This document shows positions 12,261-24,797 of a DNA stretch of 38,422 nucleotides, piece after piece (the stretch's first letter is position 1; each line of letters starts with the position of its first letter). This DNA comes from Octopus bimaculoides. Its lineage: Eukaryota. The stretch covers positions 4,837,046-4,875,467 of the forward strand of contig NC_068996.1 of the NCBI RefSeq assembly GCF_001194135.2, written 5' to 3'. The position numbers and the translations under genes were made by a program. Below the pieces are notes generated by a model, which ran no database searches, was not told where the DNA came from, and saw nothing but the letters and a program-made list of their open reading frames with translations.

Positions 12261-12484
12261 TCACCGAAATGCTGCGATGTGCTGGAAACAGCAGCTGGGT
12301 TACCCCTCAAATCACACCTTACTTTCACTTCTTTAGAAAAAGAGAAACAAAAAAAATACAGTCGAATTTAATATAGATCCATATAACGATGAAACGAAGA
12401 GATAGTCACGGTTGGAATCAAGGTTGGGTTTAATTATAAGGCAACTCCTTCTGAACTGACCTGGGGCGAAGCAACACCAACAAT

Positions 12485-12538
<54 letters not shown>

Positions 12539-12659
12539 TGCAGCAGCTCTACCGTCGATACCGCCATTTTGCCCCCCCCTCCCACCGCACCTCCACCTCC
12601 AACGTTATCTTTCATCGTTGTTGACGCATTAAATTATTTATTTCTTCTCCCCGCTCGTT

Positions 12660-12724
12660 CTTCCTTACTCTTTCTTTCTAGCTCTCTATCTCTATCTCTA
12701 TCTCTCTATCTCTCTATCTCTCTA

Positions 12725-12822
<98 letters not shown>

Positions 12823-12823
12823 C

Positions 12824-12881
<58 letters not shown>

Positions 12882-12890
12882 TTATCTATC
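12660..12890. repeat. (CT)n/(CTAT)n microsatellite
   Basis: Directly visible. Confidence 0.95.
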
Positions 12891-13431
12891 TGCATATATA
12901 TGTCTCTATCTACCTGCTCACAAGCCTGTTTGTTACACCGGAACCAGGCAGACGTTGGGAATTAAATGGCAATTTGTTTATTTTACCTCTCTCTCATCCA
13001 TCTGTTTGCCTGTAAGTCTGTCTCAGTATGTGTGTGTTTATGTCATTGTGCGTCTGCATGTATGTAAGTTTGTCTTCATGTGCCTGTCAGTGTGCGTAGA
13101 TTTTTCTATGTGCGACTGGATGTTTGCGTGTGTCTACAAGCATGAGTTTTTATACCTGTGGACTTATATGAGTGTATATACGTGTGTGTGTATGTGTGTG
13201 TGTGTGTGTGTGTGCTCGCACGAGTGTGTGTTCTATGTCAGTAAGAGACGCTATGTATGTGTGCGTGTAACGGTAAATATTGATGTATAAGTCATTACAT
13301 GTATGTTTGCATATCTGTGTAATTTTATGTACTTTTATATATATATACATGTATGTGCGTGTGTGTGTGTGGATATATATGCATGTATGTAAATACATGC
13401 AGACAGAAGAAATAGATAGATAGATAGATAA

Positions 13432-13476
<45 letters not shown>

Positions 13477-13526
13477 TATGTAGATAGATAGATAGATAGA
13501 TAGGTAGACAGATAGAGAGAGAGAGA

Positions 13527-13627
13527 GGGGACAGACAGGGGGGACAGACAGAGAGGGGGGACAGACAGAGAGGGGGACAGACAGAAAGGGGGGGCAGACA
13601 GAAAGGGGGGACAGACAGAAAGGGGGG
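13527..13627 (+). repeat. G-rich minisatellite of about 17 bp (GGGGGGACAGACAGAAA-like) within (GACA)n/(GATA)n arrays
   Basis: Seven G-runs of 4-7 nt separated by ACAGACAGAAA-like linkers. Confidence 0.88.
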
Positions 13628-13762
13628 ACAGACAGACAGCCACAGAGACCGACAGACAGACACATAGACAGACACAGTCAGACAGATTCATATACAGACA
13701 CACAGACAGACTGAAAGAAAAGGTAGGTAGATAGGTAGGTAGGTAGGTAGGTAAATAGATAG

Positions 13763-13815
<53 letters not shown>

Positions 13816-14609
13816 GACAGAGACAGAGACAGAGACAGATAGACAGATACTTAGTGTGTGTGTGTGCGTGTGTGTGTGTGTGTGTGTGCGTGTGTGCGTG
13901 TGTGTGTATACGTAGACAGCTACCTACATACGTAGATATAATATACGTACGGTTGTATGATTCAGTAATTTTCGTATTATTTTTGTTGTTATTTCTTTGT
14001 TGTTTTTCTTGTTGCTAGTAATGTGAATGAATATTGTTGCTGAAGTTTTATTATTTCTGATTATTCTTTCTCTCTCTCTCTCATTCTTTTTATTCTTTTT
14101 ATTCATTTTTCCTGCCAGTATTGTTATTATTACTGTTGTTCCCGTGGCGGCTGCTGCTGTTGGTGATGCTGCTGCACTCTTCGCAGAGAATTGCTGTAAG
14201 GAACGGTTAATTCTCAACTTATTGAAGACCGTCCACTCCATTCTATTTGATGCAACCCCACAAAATATTATCTATATTACTTTGTATCCAATGTGCATCA
14301 TAAATATATATGTAATGCATAGATGGGTGTGTATAAATGTAAATATATGTATATATATGTATATATAAACAACACACAAACACACACACTCACACGTATA
14401 CGTGTATGTTTCTATGAATATATGCATGCATGTATGTATGTATGTATTTGAATATGTATGTATGTATGTATGTATGTATGCATGTATGTATGTATGTATG
14501 TATGTATGCATGCATGTATGTACACGGATATATGTAGGTATGTCTATTGATTATTCAATACTCTACAACACACCCCTGAAACATTATATTACACTTATGT
14601 CATGATCCT

Positions 14610-14930
14610 CTTCGTCAACATCATCGTCGTCATCATCATCATCATCATTATCATCATCATCGTCGTCGTCGTCGTCGTCCTCGTCGTCGTCCTCGTCGTC
14701 GTCGTCATCATCATCATCATCATCGTCATCATCGCCGTCGTCATCATCATCATCATCATCATCATCATCAACATCATCATAGTCATCATCATCAACATCA
14801 TCATCACCATCGTCACCATCATCATCATCACCATCATCATCGTCATCATCATCATCATTGTCATCATCATCACCATCAATATCCTCATCGTCGTCGTCAT
14901 CATCATCATCATTATCAACAGCATTATTAT
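14610..14930. repeat. (CAT)n/(CGT)n microsatellite
   Basis: Directly visible. Confidence 0.95.
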
Positions 14931-15020
14931 CGTCGTTACCTTTTTCTGTTTCTGCGTTGTCTTTTACTTGTACTCTTACTGATGTATTATTTTTTCACAG
15001 TATTACGCGTATATATCATG

Positions 15021-15052
<32 letters not shown>

Positions 15053-15414
15053 NNNNNNNNNNNNNNNNNNNNNNNNNNNNNNNNNNNNNNNNNNNNNNNN
15101 NNNNNNNNNNNNNNNNNNNNNNNNNNNNNNNNNNNNNNNNNNNNNNNNNNNNNNNNNNNNNNNNNNNNNNNNNNNNNNNNNNNNNNNNNNNNNNNNNNNN
15201 NNNNNNNNNNNNNNNNNNNNNNNNNNNNNNNNNNNNNNNNNNNNNNNNNNNNNNNNNNNNNNNNNNNNNNNNNNNNNNNNNNNNNNNNNNNNNNNNNNNN
15301 NNNNNNNNNNNNNNNNNNNNNNNNNNNNNNNNNNNNNNNNNNNNNNNNNNNNNNNNNNNNNNNNNNNNNNNNNNNNNNNNNNNNNNNNNNNNNNNNNNNN
15401 NNNNNNNNNNNNNN

Positions 15415-15637
<223 letters not shown>

Positions 15638-15732
15638 ACCTCGGAAGACGCAAGATGCTTCACTCTGTTATGAAGGAGAGCAAAATATTTTCTTGTTAGT
15701 TCATGCATAATACCGAGGTTGAATTGCATGAC

Positions 15733-15876
15733 TATGTGCATCTCTGATCACGAGCAGAAGTAATGGAGTTGCATCACGGCCAAATGTTGAGAAGAATTCT
15801 TTGGGATTTGATTAATCCAGCTCTGGAAACACTGGTGCTTCGTCCAATATCCTTAAACAACCCTTATTCAAGGACC
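15733..15876. mobile_element. Unclassified dispersed repeat, short decayed copy
   Basis: TATGTGCATCTCTGATCACGAGCAGAAGTA...TCCTTAAACAA is shared with 21548-21677. Confidence 0.75.
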
Positions 15877-15976
15877 TAGCTATCTATCTATCTATATATA
15901 TATATATATAATATTAGGGACAAAATAATATAATATTAGGGACAAAATCCAAAATTCCCTAAAACTATATATATAT

Positions 15977-16655
15977 AAGGTCAATATAGCTCTGAGCTCC
16001 TGGATCTTAAGAACCTTCCGGTCCAGAGAACAAGGTGTCATCATTCCACTTTTCTCCTCCTTTGTACGGCCACACCTTGAATACTGCTGCCCCTTGTGGT
16101 CTCCCCACCCAAAACAAAACATCTCGAGGATTGAATCACCCCAGAGGGCACTAACCAAACGAATTTAAGGCATGACTGATCTTGATTACTGGGACCGCGT
16201 TAAAGCCTTGAAGCTCTACTCTCTCCAGCGAGGCCGCGAGCGGTACAGCATTCGTACGATGTGGAAAATATACCCCCAGCATTGCCCAAACGACCTGAAC
16301 ATTAGATTCAAGGTTCATCCAAAGCTGGGACCATGAGCCATACGTCCCCTGCCCAATTCAGGATCCCAACATATAGGTACACTGCGACATAATTTCTTTT
16401 CCTCAACAGGCCCTGCCCTGTTTAACATTGTCCCGAAACAGATAAAAGAGGAAAAGGATCCTATCAGCTTTAAACGGAGTCTAGACAGATTTCTTCAAAG
16501 AATGCCAAACAAGCCACCCATGCATGGATACAACTCACTACTTGAATGGACCATAAACAAAACTTGACTGTAAAAAGGATTTTGATAGTCCTATCAGGTG
16601 GTACTATTAAGTTAGACATGGCCTGGACCAATCTTTGGTTGAAACAAATCTAAGT
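15977..16655 (+). mobile_element. CR1/L2-group LINE, 5'-truncated 3' end (RT C-terminal region plus 3' UTR)
   Basis: SSWILRTFRSREQGVIIPLFSSFVRPHLEYCCPLWSPH...IESPQRALTKRI*GMTDLDYWDRVKALKLYSLQRGRERY...GPALFNIVP...FKRSLDRFL. The VRPHLEY..W.P, IE..QR..TK and L.SL..RR motifs are classic for CR1. There are two internal stops and a terminal TGA at 16565-16567. Confidence 0.9.
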
Positions 16656-16756
16656 TATATATATATATATATATACATATATCTGAATAGAGTCTAAAGT
16701 TTGCGTATTATTTTTTAATCATACATACGCCCGTGTAGTAGGATGAGCGTTTTAGC

Positions 16757-17020
16757 ACATCTTGTGACAAAATCTACGACGTAATTACTAATGACAAAAT
16801 CGTAGGGTGGGGCATGGAATGAAAAACATCATCCGTAAGTTATGATGTGTAAACGGAGCAGACATTTAATGTGAAAGAAACCGTTTTAGAAATTATTAAT
16901 GGAAACAACGATTATCTAGAAATAGACAAAAAGCGAAAATATGGCATTTAGTCATTTATATAGACACACCTCACTGAGACACACTCACAAACACTCATAG
17001 TTATTTATATATACTCACAT
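16757..17020 (+). repeat. Left arm of 264-bp inverted repeat
   Basis: Runs ACATCTTGTGACAAAATC...TATATATACTCACAT and is the reverse complement of 18410-18673 with about 8 substitutions and no indels by my hand alignment. Confidence 0.95.
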
Positions 17021-18166
17021 ATATAAATACGTAAATATATACACATACACACACACAAACACATACAAACGTATAATAATGCAATTGAAAGTAATGCAAT
17101 TTTAATTTGCATACTATACACATATACATATATACACACGCACGCATACATACATAAATACATACATATGTACATCTGCATGGTTTGGAGGACGTGGATA
17201 GATCCACTGGAGAGGATAATACTTTATGCAGGCGTGAGATAACGTTCTATAAGTCACGGAGCATTTAGTAAAGTTCACGACAAAAAAAAGGCCAACACTT
17301 CTGCTTAACACAGATTTATTGACCTGCAGTTATCAATTACATCTCCATTGTCGCTATCCTTTTTCAGAATCCCCGCCATTTCTCGGCTCAAATAACATGG
17401 AATTTTTCCATACTGTTGTCAGCTCCGAATAACGTCTGTCAAGAGAGAAGAGAACAAGTCTGGTATGCCGCAATATAATTCGTAATGAACATCTTGCAGT
17501 TTTGATGTTACCACTCGCACATCCGAATGTTTTTAGTCTCTGGAGTTCTTCCTCCATGACACAAGCAGAGCGTCGATATAGGCATTAAATCTTAATCTCT
17601 TTATTCATTCTGCTCCCCGATTAGTTCGTCAAAACACTACGAAAAGACAAGCATCTTAAGTTATCTTTATTGACTTTCCAAAAAATACCATATTTTTGTT
17701 CGATCTTCACAATTCACCGCGAAATTTCTTCAGTATACGTCGACTCTGTCATTCGTATCCTGAGACGTATCCTGAGACGTATACATTTCATGAACAGTAC
17801 TTCCACTTCATATGACTGAGAACGCCCAAAAGAGGCAGAAACTTTACCATGAACAAGAAATACGAGTGACACCGAGTGAAAAACCCAGTTTCCCTGCGAG
17901 CTATAACATCTGATATTACTAAACAAATGGCTCTGGTTTCAGGCATTCACCACGCTACGAACATTCAAACAATTAATCTGTTGAAATTATCGTGTGAAAA
18001 ATAGACGAGTGGAACTAGTTTTTATCTTTTTCATTCTTCTTCTCGAATGCAGGATTGAACCGAGCACAGTGAAGAAATCTTCTGGAAAGAATTACCTAAT
18101 CGTTGAAGGCGTTGTTGTTTTGGTTTTTTGTTTTTGTTGAGGACATTTAAACAGCACCGTATTTAC

Positions 18167-18217
<51 letters not shown>

Positions 18218-18224
18218 CATCATT

Positions 18225-18273
<49 letters not shown>

Positions 18274-18409
18274 TGCTTTGTTTATAATTTTTTAAACTTC
18301 CAACAACTTCATATTTTTTTTTAATAACTGTGAAGTAGAGAAACTGCAAGCAGAAAGCGACCACTCTGTGGAATGGAACATGGACCTCTTTTGGGCACCT
18401 TCATTTCTC

Positions 18410-18673
18410 ATGTGAGTATATATAAATAGCTATGAGTGTTTGTGAGTGTGTCTCAATGAGGTGTGTCTATATAAATGACTAAATGCCATATTTTCGCTTT
18501 TTGTCTATTTCTAGATAATCGTTGTTTCCATTAATAATTTCTAAAACGTTTTCTTTCAGATTAAATGCCTGCTCCGTTTACACATCATAACTTACGGATG
18601 ATGTTTTTCATTCCATGCCCCACCCTACGGTTTTGTCATTAGTAATTACGTCGCAGGTTTTGTCACAAGATGT
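18410..18673 (-). repeat. Right arm of 264-bp inverted repeat
   Basis: Runs ATGTGAGTATATATAAATAG...TTTTGTCACAAGATGT; partner of 16757-17020. Confidence 0.95.
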
Positions 18674-20001
18674 CTCCATATCAGTTTCCTCTTCGCTGTT
18701 TGTGATTAAGGGAAAGACACGACGAATGGTATCTATGACTGTATCAGAACCATATTAGAAACTTTTACTGGTTAGCACCCCTTAACAATAGCGTAGTTTT
18801 TAACCTTGCCATCCTTGTAGGGGGGCCAATAGTGTTAATGCTGTTGCAGAGTTTGTATGCTAAGATGTGGTTTACACTTCAGCGACATGCAGTGTTGTTT
18901 CTGCAGTCGTTCTTTCTCTTCTTTCTGTTTCATTCTGTTTCATTTCCAGGATAGAAATCCCTAAGGTGGTTTTTGCTGTCATACACGTAGAACACAAGCT
19001 TTCTACGAAGTACAACCAGTCTGATGTATTTAGAATCTAAACATACCTGAGATAGCAATGTGGACCTCGGCGTCACAAGGAATTAGAGTTCTATCCCAAC
19101 CACAACCAATACGCTTTTCTCACTGCCTAAACCGTTTGGAGAAAGTCACAATAAACCATAATCGCTTCCTCTGCAAGTTGAGCGAGACTTTCACCTTTAT
19201 TTCTTTTACTTCATATACAGAGACGCAAATTCATTTCTTTCGTGTATATTTTACAGCTGCCGACTGTATTTGAGCATTCTGCTTATCATCGATGTTCAAC
19301 ACACAGCCTATAGTGTCAAAGCTTTAATCTGTCCGAGATCCTAACCACAAATCACAGACCTCCAAACCTGACAGTAGAACCTTTTGAAATTCCTTTATCA
19401 GGGCTTATCAAATCTCTGGCTGTATGTGTTTTAATTTTTATTTTTAGGAATAAGAAGAGGTATGCCATTTTACTCTTTTGCTTCTTGCCCCTTGTAACCA
19501 TTCGCGAACCAGGTGTTGTCCTCTGTTCACGTACCTCTATGTCTTTTTGTTTTTTTTTCTATTCTAGGATCTTTCACTAATCCAGTTGGACTCCATCTCT
19601 GATGATGATTGTAAAGAATATCGTTGTTGGTGCTGTAGTTATTGTTGTTGTTGTTGTTGTTGTTTCGCATTTGCCGTCACTGTTGTTGAGTGTTGAGCCA
19701 CAGACGCCGATGTTTTTGTTCATATTTTGATGTTACACTTCACGTTTTTGAAAAACAAAAAAAGGGGGGGGGGGAAACAGTTTAACCTTTTTCTTTTCGA
19801 AATTCTTTTATTCTTCTTGATTTTTAATTTCAAACTAAAATTCTCTTCTGAGGAGGTGGGTTGGTAAGTAGGAAAGAATGGAGGGAGGGTGAGGTTTTGT
19901 TTGCATTTTCTTATGTAAACAAAGCTGCCGCCACCAGTAATATAGAGTACCATTGTAATCACTTTGTGAAATACATACACACATGCACACACGCGCGCGC
20001 G

Positions 20002-20098
<97 letters not shown>

Positions 20099-20314
20099 GC
20101 ATATATAAGGAGAGAGAGAGAGAGATAGAAAGAAAGCGAGAAAGAGGGACTCATATATATATGTTTGTATATATGTATGCATGTATGTTGATATAGATAT
20201 AGATTGATAGATAAATATATACATATATATGCATGTTTATATGCATTCACACACAAACACACGCACACTCACACACATACAACACACACACACACGCACA
20301 TATATAAATGTATG

Positions 20315-20388
<74 letters not shown>

Positions 20389-20398
20389 NNNNNNNNNN

Positions 20399-20462
<64 letters not shown>

Positions 20463-21314
20463 GAAAGTCTTTCATGTTCTATGGTTACGTGGCAAGGTGT
20501 TACTTCAGCACCAAATAAATAGATTCCTTTATTGATCCGCAGAAAACTAGAAATTGGAAAATTATTTCCAAGTAGATAAACCAATAATAGCATATGGATA
20601 AAATTATCAGGAATGTTAAGAAATTATTGAAACTCAAGTTATTCGAATGTAACATTAATTCATTTATAACAGTCTATATGTTTGAGAATCTTCTCGAGGA
20701 ATTCCTGGTTAATTTAAATCTAGAATTTTATACCGAAACTTTGCCATTTCTTGCTTTCTAGTAAAGCTATTTTACCTGTAGTATAATTAAATGTTTTCTC
20801 AACTTCTGTCGCTAACCTGTCAAATATTTAATTCATGCAGCATACGCTTCAGAGTTACGTACTCCAGGCTGAAATCCATGTAGATGCAAATGAATTTGAA
20901 TTCCTCAATTTTACAAGAAGTAGTCTTGCTTGGCGATTGACCCATAGCGTATGGTGCCAGTGAAGTAGAGCGATAACACAGTTTCTGCCAGGAACGTTGT
21001 CACAGCAAGGAACATGGGTAAAAATGTAAACAACACGTGGAGATGCGATATCCAATTGAATAAACAATCACCACATGTACTCCACAGGCCAGATACCCAA
21101 CACAACTCGCCATTACACACACAGCACACAATACAAACACTAATACAACAAAAGACTGAAACCGAACCCGTAACAAAACAATCTGACGCAATATAATACC
21201 GGGAAGAGTTTGCACTCACCACCAACAACCAAAAGGAACACACAATACTGTACATATCCTGGCAACACGGAGGTGTAGCAAGTGATGCAATAGGAATTTG
21301 CCTCAAACTAATGT

Positions 21315-21357
<43 letters not shown>

Positions 21358-21359
<2 letters not shown>

Positions 21360-21677
21360 GCCCGGATGGAGTACCAGGCAGTGGCTTTCATGGCTTCTGA
21401 TCTTAACTGACTGGAAGTGTAATCATGTACATTGTTTTGTCTTGGTATAAAAAGATGGGCTACAGCAAATGTTCTGCTCAATACCACAGATTTGCTTGTC
21501 AGTTGTTTGACCTTAACCAGTTGAGCATGTCCCTTGGTGGCTGACAATATGTGCATCTCTGATCACGAGCAGAAGTAGTGGGGGAGCATCATAGCCATGT
21601 GTTGAGAGGAATTCTTTGGGGTTTGAATAATTCACCTTTGGAAACATGGGTGTTTTGCTCAACATCCTTAAACAAAC
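21358..21677. mobile_element. Unclassified dispersed repeat embedded in (AAT)n, running into an N-gap
   Basis: Its right part matches 15733-15876. It is preceded by (AAT)n at 21317-21357, and (AAT)n resumes after the gap at about 21972-22083. Confidence 0.75.
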
Positions 21678-21971
21678 NNNNNNNNNNNNNNNNNNNNNNN
21701 NNNNNNNNNNNNNNNNNNNNNNNNNNNNNNNNNNNNNNNNNNNNNNNNNNNNNNNNNNNNNNNNNNNNNNNNNNNNNNNNNNNNNNNNNNNNNNNNNNNN
21801 NNNNNNNNNNNNNNNNNNNNNNNNNNNNNNNNNNNNNNNNNNNNNNNNNNNNNNNNNNNNNNNNNNNNNNNNNNNNNNNNNNNNNNNNNNNNNNNNNNNN
21901 NNNNNNNNNNNNNNNNNNNNNNNNNNNNNNNNNNNNNNNNNNNNNNNNNNNNNNNNNNNNNNNNNNNNNNN

Positions 21972-22086
<115 letters not shown>

Positions 22087-22862
22087 GCCAGATAAATCAG
22101 ATATTGTTAGAAATGAATCAGAAGTTCTTCGTCAGTGAAGTATCACCTGTAATGAAGAAAAATTATAATCGTTAATGATCAGTCTCGTCAGAAGTAAGGG
22201 TGACAAATCTTAACGTTAAATTGATAGAAACAAATTGAATAAGAATACACAAAGTGTGCTAAACAGACATGCTAGGTTCCAATTCAGATAAGAAAATTAA
22301 TTAAAATTCTTGCAAATTCGCTCAATAATTACTGTTCACATCTTTTATGAACTGTTCTTTCATTCCCGAATACTCTGTTATTCGTTTGTCTTTTTGTGTT
22401 CATACTCCTTAGTTTTCTTGTTTCTGGTCTATTTTGCTCTCAGCTTCTGAAGACCTCTTTATCAGCATCCGATAATACTGCCTTAACATACTTCATAACT
22501 TGTTACTCTCCTCCTCCATTTCTCAATTCCGCTTTAGTACGTCGCTTTCGTTTACATCTCTTTTTTTTTCCTGCACCATCACCACCAGCACCATATCACA
22601 ACTATAATACAACTTCTACCACAACACAACCAGCGTGAATATTATAAGCAACAGCGCTATAACTATAACTAACTACCACCGTACTTCTATTATAAGTACA
22701 ATCACGGACTCTGTTACCTTCAAAGCTATCACTACCAGTGACAACTTAACACCGCCACAACCATCTTTGTATCAGGTCGGGTCAGCTTTCGATTCATGTT
22801 CTGTTATAATGCCTCGCTGCATTCACATTTTGGCAGTATTTTGCTTGGGTCGTCCCGGTGCA

Positions 22863-23178
22863 GGCGCATGGCTAAGTGATTAGGTTATTCACCTCACGAT
22901 AGTAAGGTCGTGAATTCGATACACGGCGGTGCGGTGTGTCCTTGAGCAAGACACTTTATTTCACGTTGCTCCAAGCCACTCAGCAGACAAAAATGAGTTG
23001 TACCTGTAATTCAAAGGGGGCCAGCCTTGTCACATTCTGTGTCATTCTGAATCTCCCTGAGAACTACGTTAAGGGTACATGTGTCTGTGGAGTGCTCAGC
23101 CACTTGCACATCAATTTCATGAGCAGGCTGTTTCGTTGATCGCTTCCACTGGAACACTCGTCGTAAGTGACGGAGGAC
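22863..23178 (+). mobile_element. tRNA-derived SINE with CORE-like central box (family A)
   Basis: A-box-like TGGCTAAGTGA, B-box-like GAATTCGATAC, then GTGTCCTTGAGCAAGACACTTTATTTCACGTTGCTC, which resembles the CORE-SINE domain. Confidence 0.75.
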
Positions 23179-23179
23179 C

Positions 23180-23410
23180 ATCGCTGCCTCGGGCAATTCT
23201 CCGAGCAATGTCCCAATCAGTCCACATCCCCACAAAATACTTATCATCCGCCGTGACCATGGGGCATGTGGCTGACCAACACGAGTAGTTGCCCCAGCTG
23301 GATCCTCAGAGACGAGAACACAAACTCGCTGGATCCAACAGGAGTAACGTGACCAAACAGTCCGAGCTGACGTTCCCGAGCCATACAAATAAAAGGAAGC
23401 ATCTTCTCCA
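23180..23410 (-). mobile_element. RTE-clade LINE 3' remnant
   Basis: Minus strand across frameshifts: CMARERQLGLFGHV, LDPA, EDPAGATTRVGQPHAPWSRR. These match the RTE C-terminal pattern RxRQLxxxGHV...DPA...DPxG....GxPxxxWxR. Confidence 0.62.
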
Positions 23411-24130
23411 CATCAACCCTTCAAAATTTCTACCACCACCACACCGCCACCACCACCACCACCACACAACCACCACCGCCGCCACCACCACCACCACCAC
23501 CNNNNNNNNNNNNNNNNNNNNNNNNNNNNNNNNNNNNNNNNNNNNNNNNNNNNNNNNNNNNNNNNNNNNNNNNNNNNNNNNNNNNNNNNNNNNNNNNNNN
23601 NNNNNNNNNNNNNNNNNNNNNNNNNNNNNNNNNNNNNNNNNNNNNNNNNNNNNNNNNNNNNNNNNNNNNNGAACTGAAACAGCAACTACCACTGTGGCTA
23701 CCGCCATTACCATCACCATATTACCGGTACTACCATCGCTACCACCACCTTCATAAAATTCACCATTGCTACAAAACTGCGACCACTAAACACTGCAGCC
23801 ACCACGATGTCAATCACCACCAACCCCTCCTCCGCCACCACCACCACCAACAACAGCAAAACTGTCAATCAGCACCACAACCACCGTCTTTTCTCGTCCT
23901 TCACCGCTGTCACAACTACTATCACCATTACCATTAATATAACTAGATACCACCATCACTGTAGCAACTACCATGTCACCACTGACACCACCGCCTTAAT
24001 TCTACGAACACTGCTACCACTACCATCATAACGCTACCACCATCAACACTACGCTTACCACACCAAAACCAGATTCACCGTTACAATTAATACCTCCATC
24101 ATCATGATTATTGGTTTCAAATGACACTTG

Positions 24131-24272
24131 GTTCAACTGACACTTATTTTATAGACCCCGAAAGGATAAAAGACAAAGTCGACCTCAGGAGAATTTGAAC
24201 TCAGAATGTAAAAGCGAAGTGTCGCTAATCCTTTTTCCCGGCGCGCTAACGATTCTGCCAGCTCGCCGCCTT
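24131..24272 (-). mobile_element. tRNA-derived SINE family B (5' half)
   Basis: Minus strand GGCGGCGAGCTGGCAGAATCGTTAG (A box)...GAGTTCAAATTC (B box)...GTCGACTTTG...CTTTCGGGGTC. Homologous to the copies at 29746, 32152 and 35299. Confidence 0.85.
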
Positions 24273-24581
24273 TTCCACCATCATGATTATTAACGCAACC
24301 ATCATCCAGAGTTATCTTAGCAACATCATAGGCCCCAATGCTCTGGGTCCTATAGAATCTATTTATCATCAGCAAGTCACAGCACACATATCAGAAATGG
24401 TCCTTAGACACGTGAGGCCTCCTCCCTGGGCGGGTCTATGCATTGGACTCTTATATTTATTAAGATCAAGCCATAGGATACATAGATCAGAATTTAGCTC
24501 CTAAGATTGTGAGACCTCTTAGCCAGGCAAATCAATAATTTTTCCTATAGTATTTATTAATTGATAATAAGTCATATCATA

Positions 24582-24797
24582 CAAGCGTGGGCTGAAAAGT
24601 TCTTGGCTTTAAGGGTGTCGCGAGAGGCCTGGTTGGAGGCCCAACCTTCCGAGTTCTTTTACAGGGCTCAGAAAAACTGAAAGACCACTACAATAAGTGT
24701 GTGAATCTGAGAAGAGCAAATATTGAATAAAAGCACAACAACTGATCTTTCTGTATTTTCTTTTACCCAAAGCCAGATTCTTTTCAGCACCCTCTCG
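24582..24797 (+). mobile_element. Tc1/mariner-derived MITE (216 bp) with TA target-site duplication
   Basis: TA at 24580-24581 and 24798-24799. The 29-bp imperfect TIRs are CAAGCGTGGGCTGAAAAGTTCTTGGCTTT and, reverse-complemented, CGAGAGGGTGCTGAAAAGAATCTGGCTTT. The interior encodes the mariner C-terminus EAWLEAQPSEFF...EKLKDHYNKCVNLRRANIE*. Confidence 0.85.

Larger units (their letters stand above)
16757..18673. mobile_element. Putative long-TIR (foldback/MULE-like) non-autonomous DNA element
   Basis: Long, near-identical inverted arms around a 1.39-kb spacer. No transposase ORF and no evident target-site duplication, so an inversion-associated duplication is not excluded. Confidence 0.45.

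Noticed and set aside
18950-19620. Additional strong plus-strand splice-site-like motifs (acceptors at 18950 and about 19568, donor GTATGT about 19421)
   Set aside because: No clear acceptor-donor pairing or recognisable peptide; expected by chance in pyrimidine-rich intronic DNA.
20960-21050. FCQERCHSKEHG*KC resembling an EGF/laminin repeat
   Set aside because: In-frame stops on both sides and incomplete Cys spacing.
24300-24520. Minus-strand MHRPAQGGGLTCLR resembling the GGLG motif of RLE-type LINEs
   Set aside because: A single short motif, insufficient for a call.
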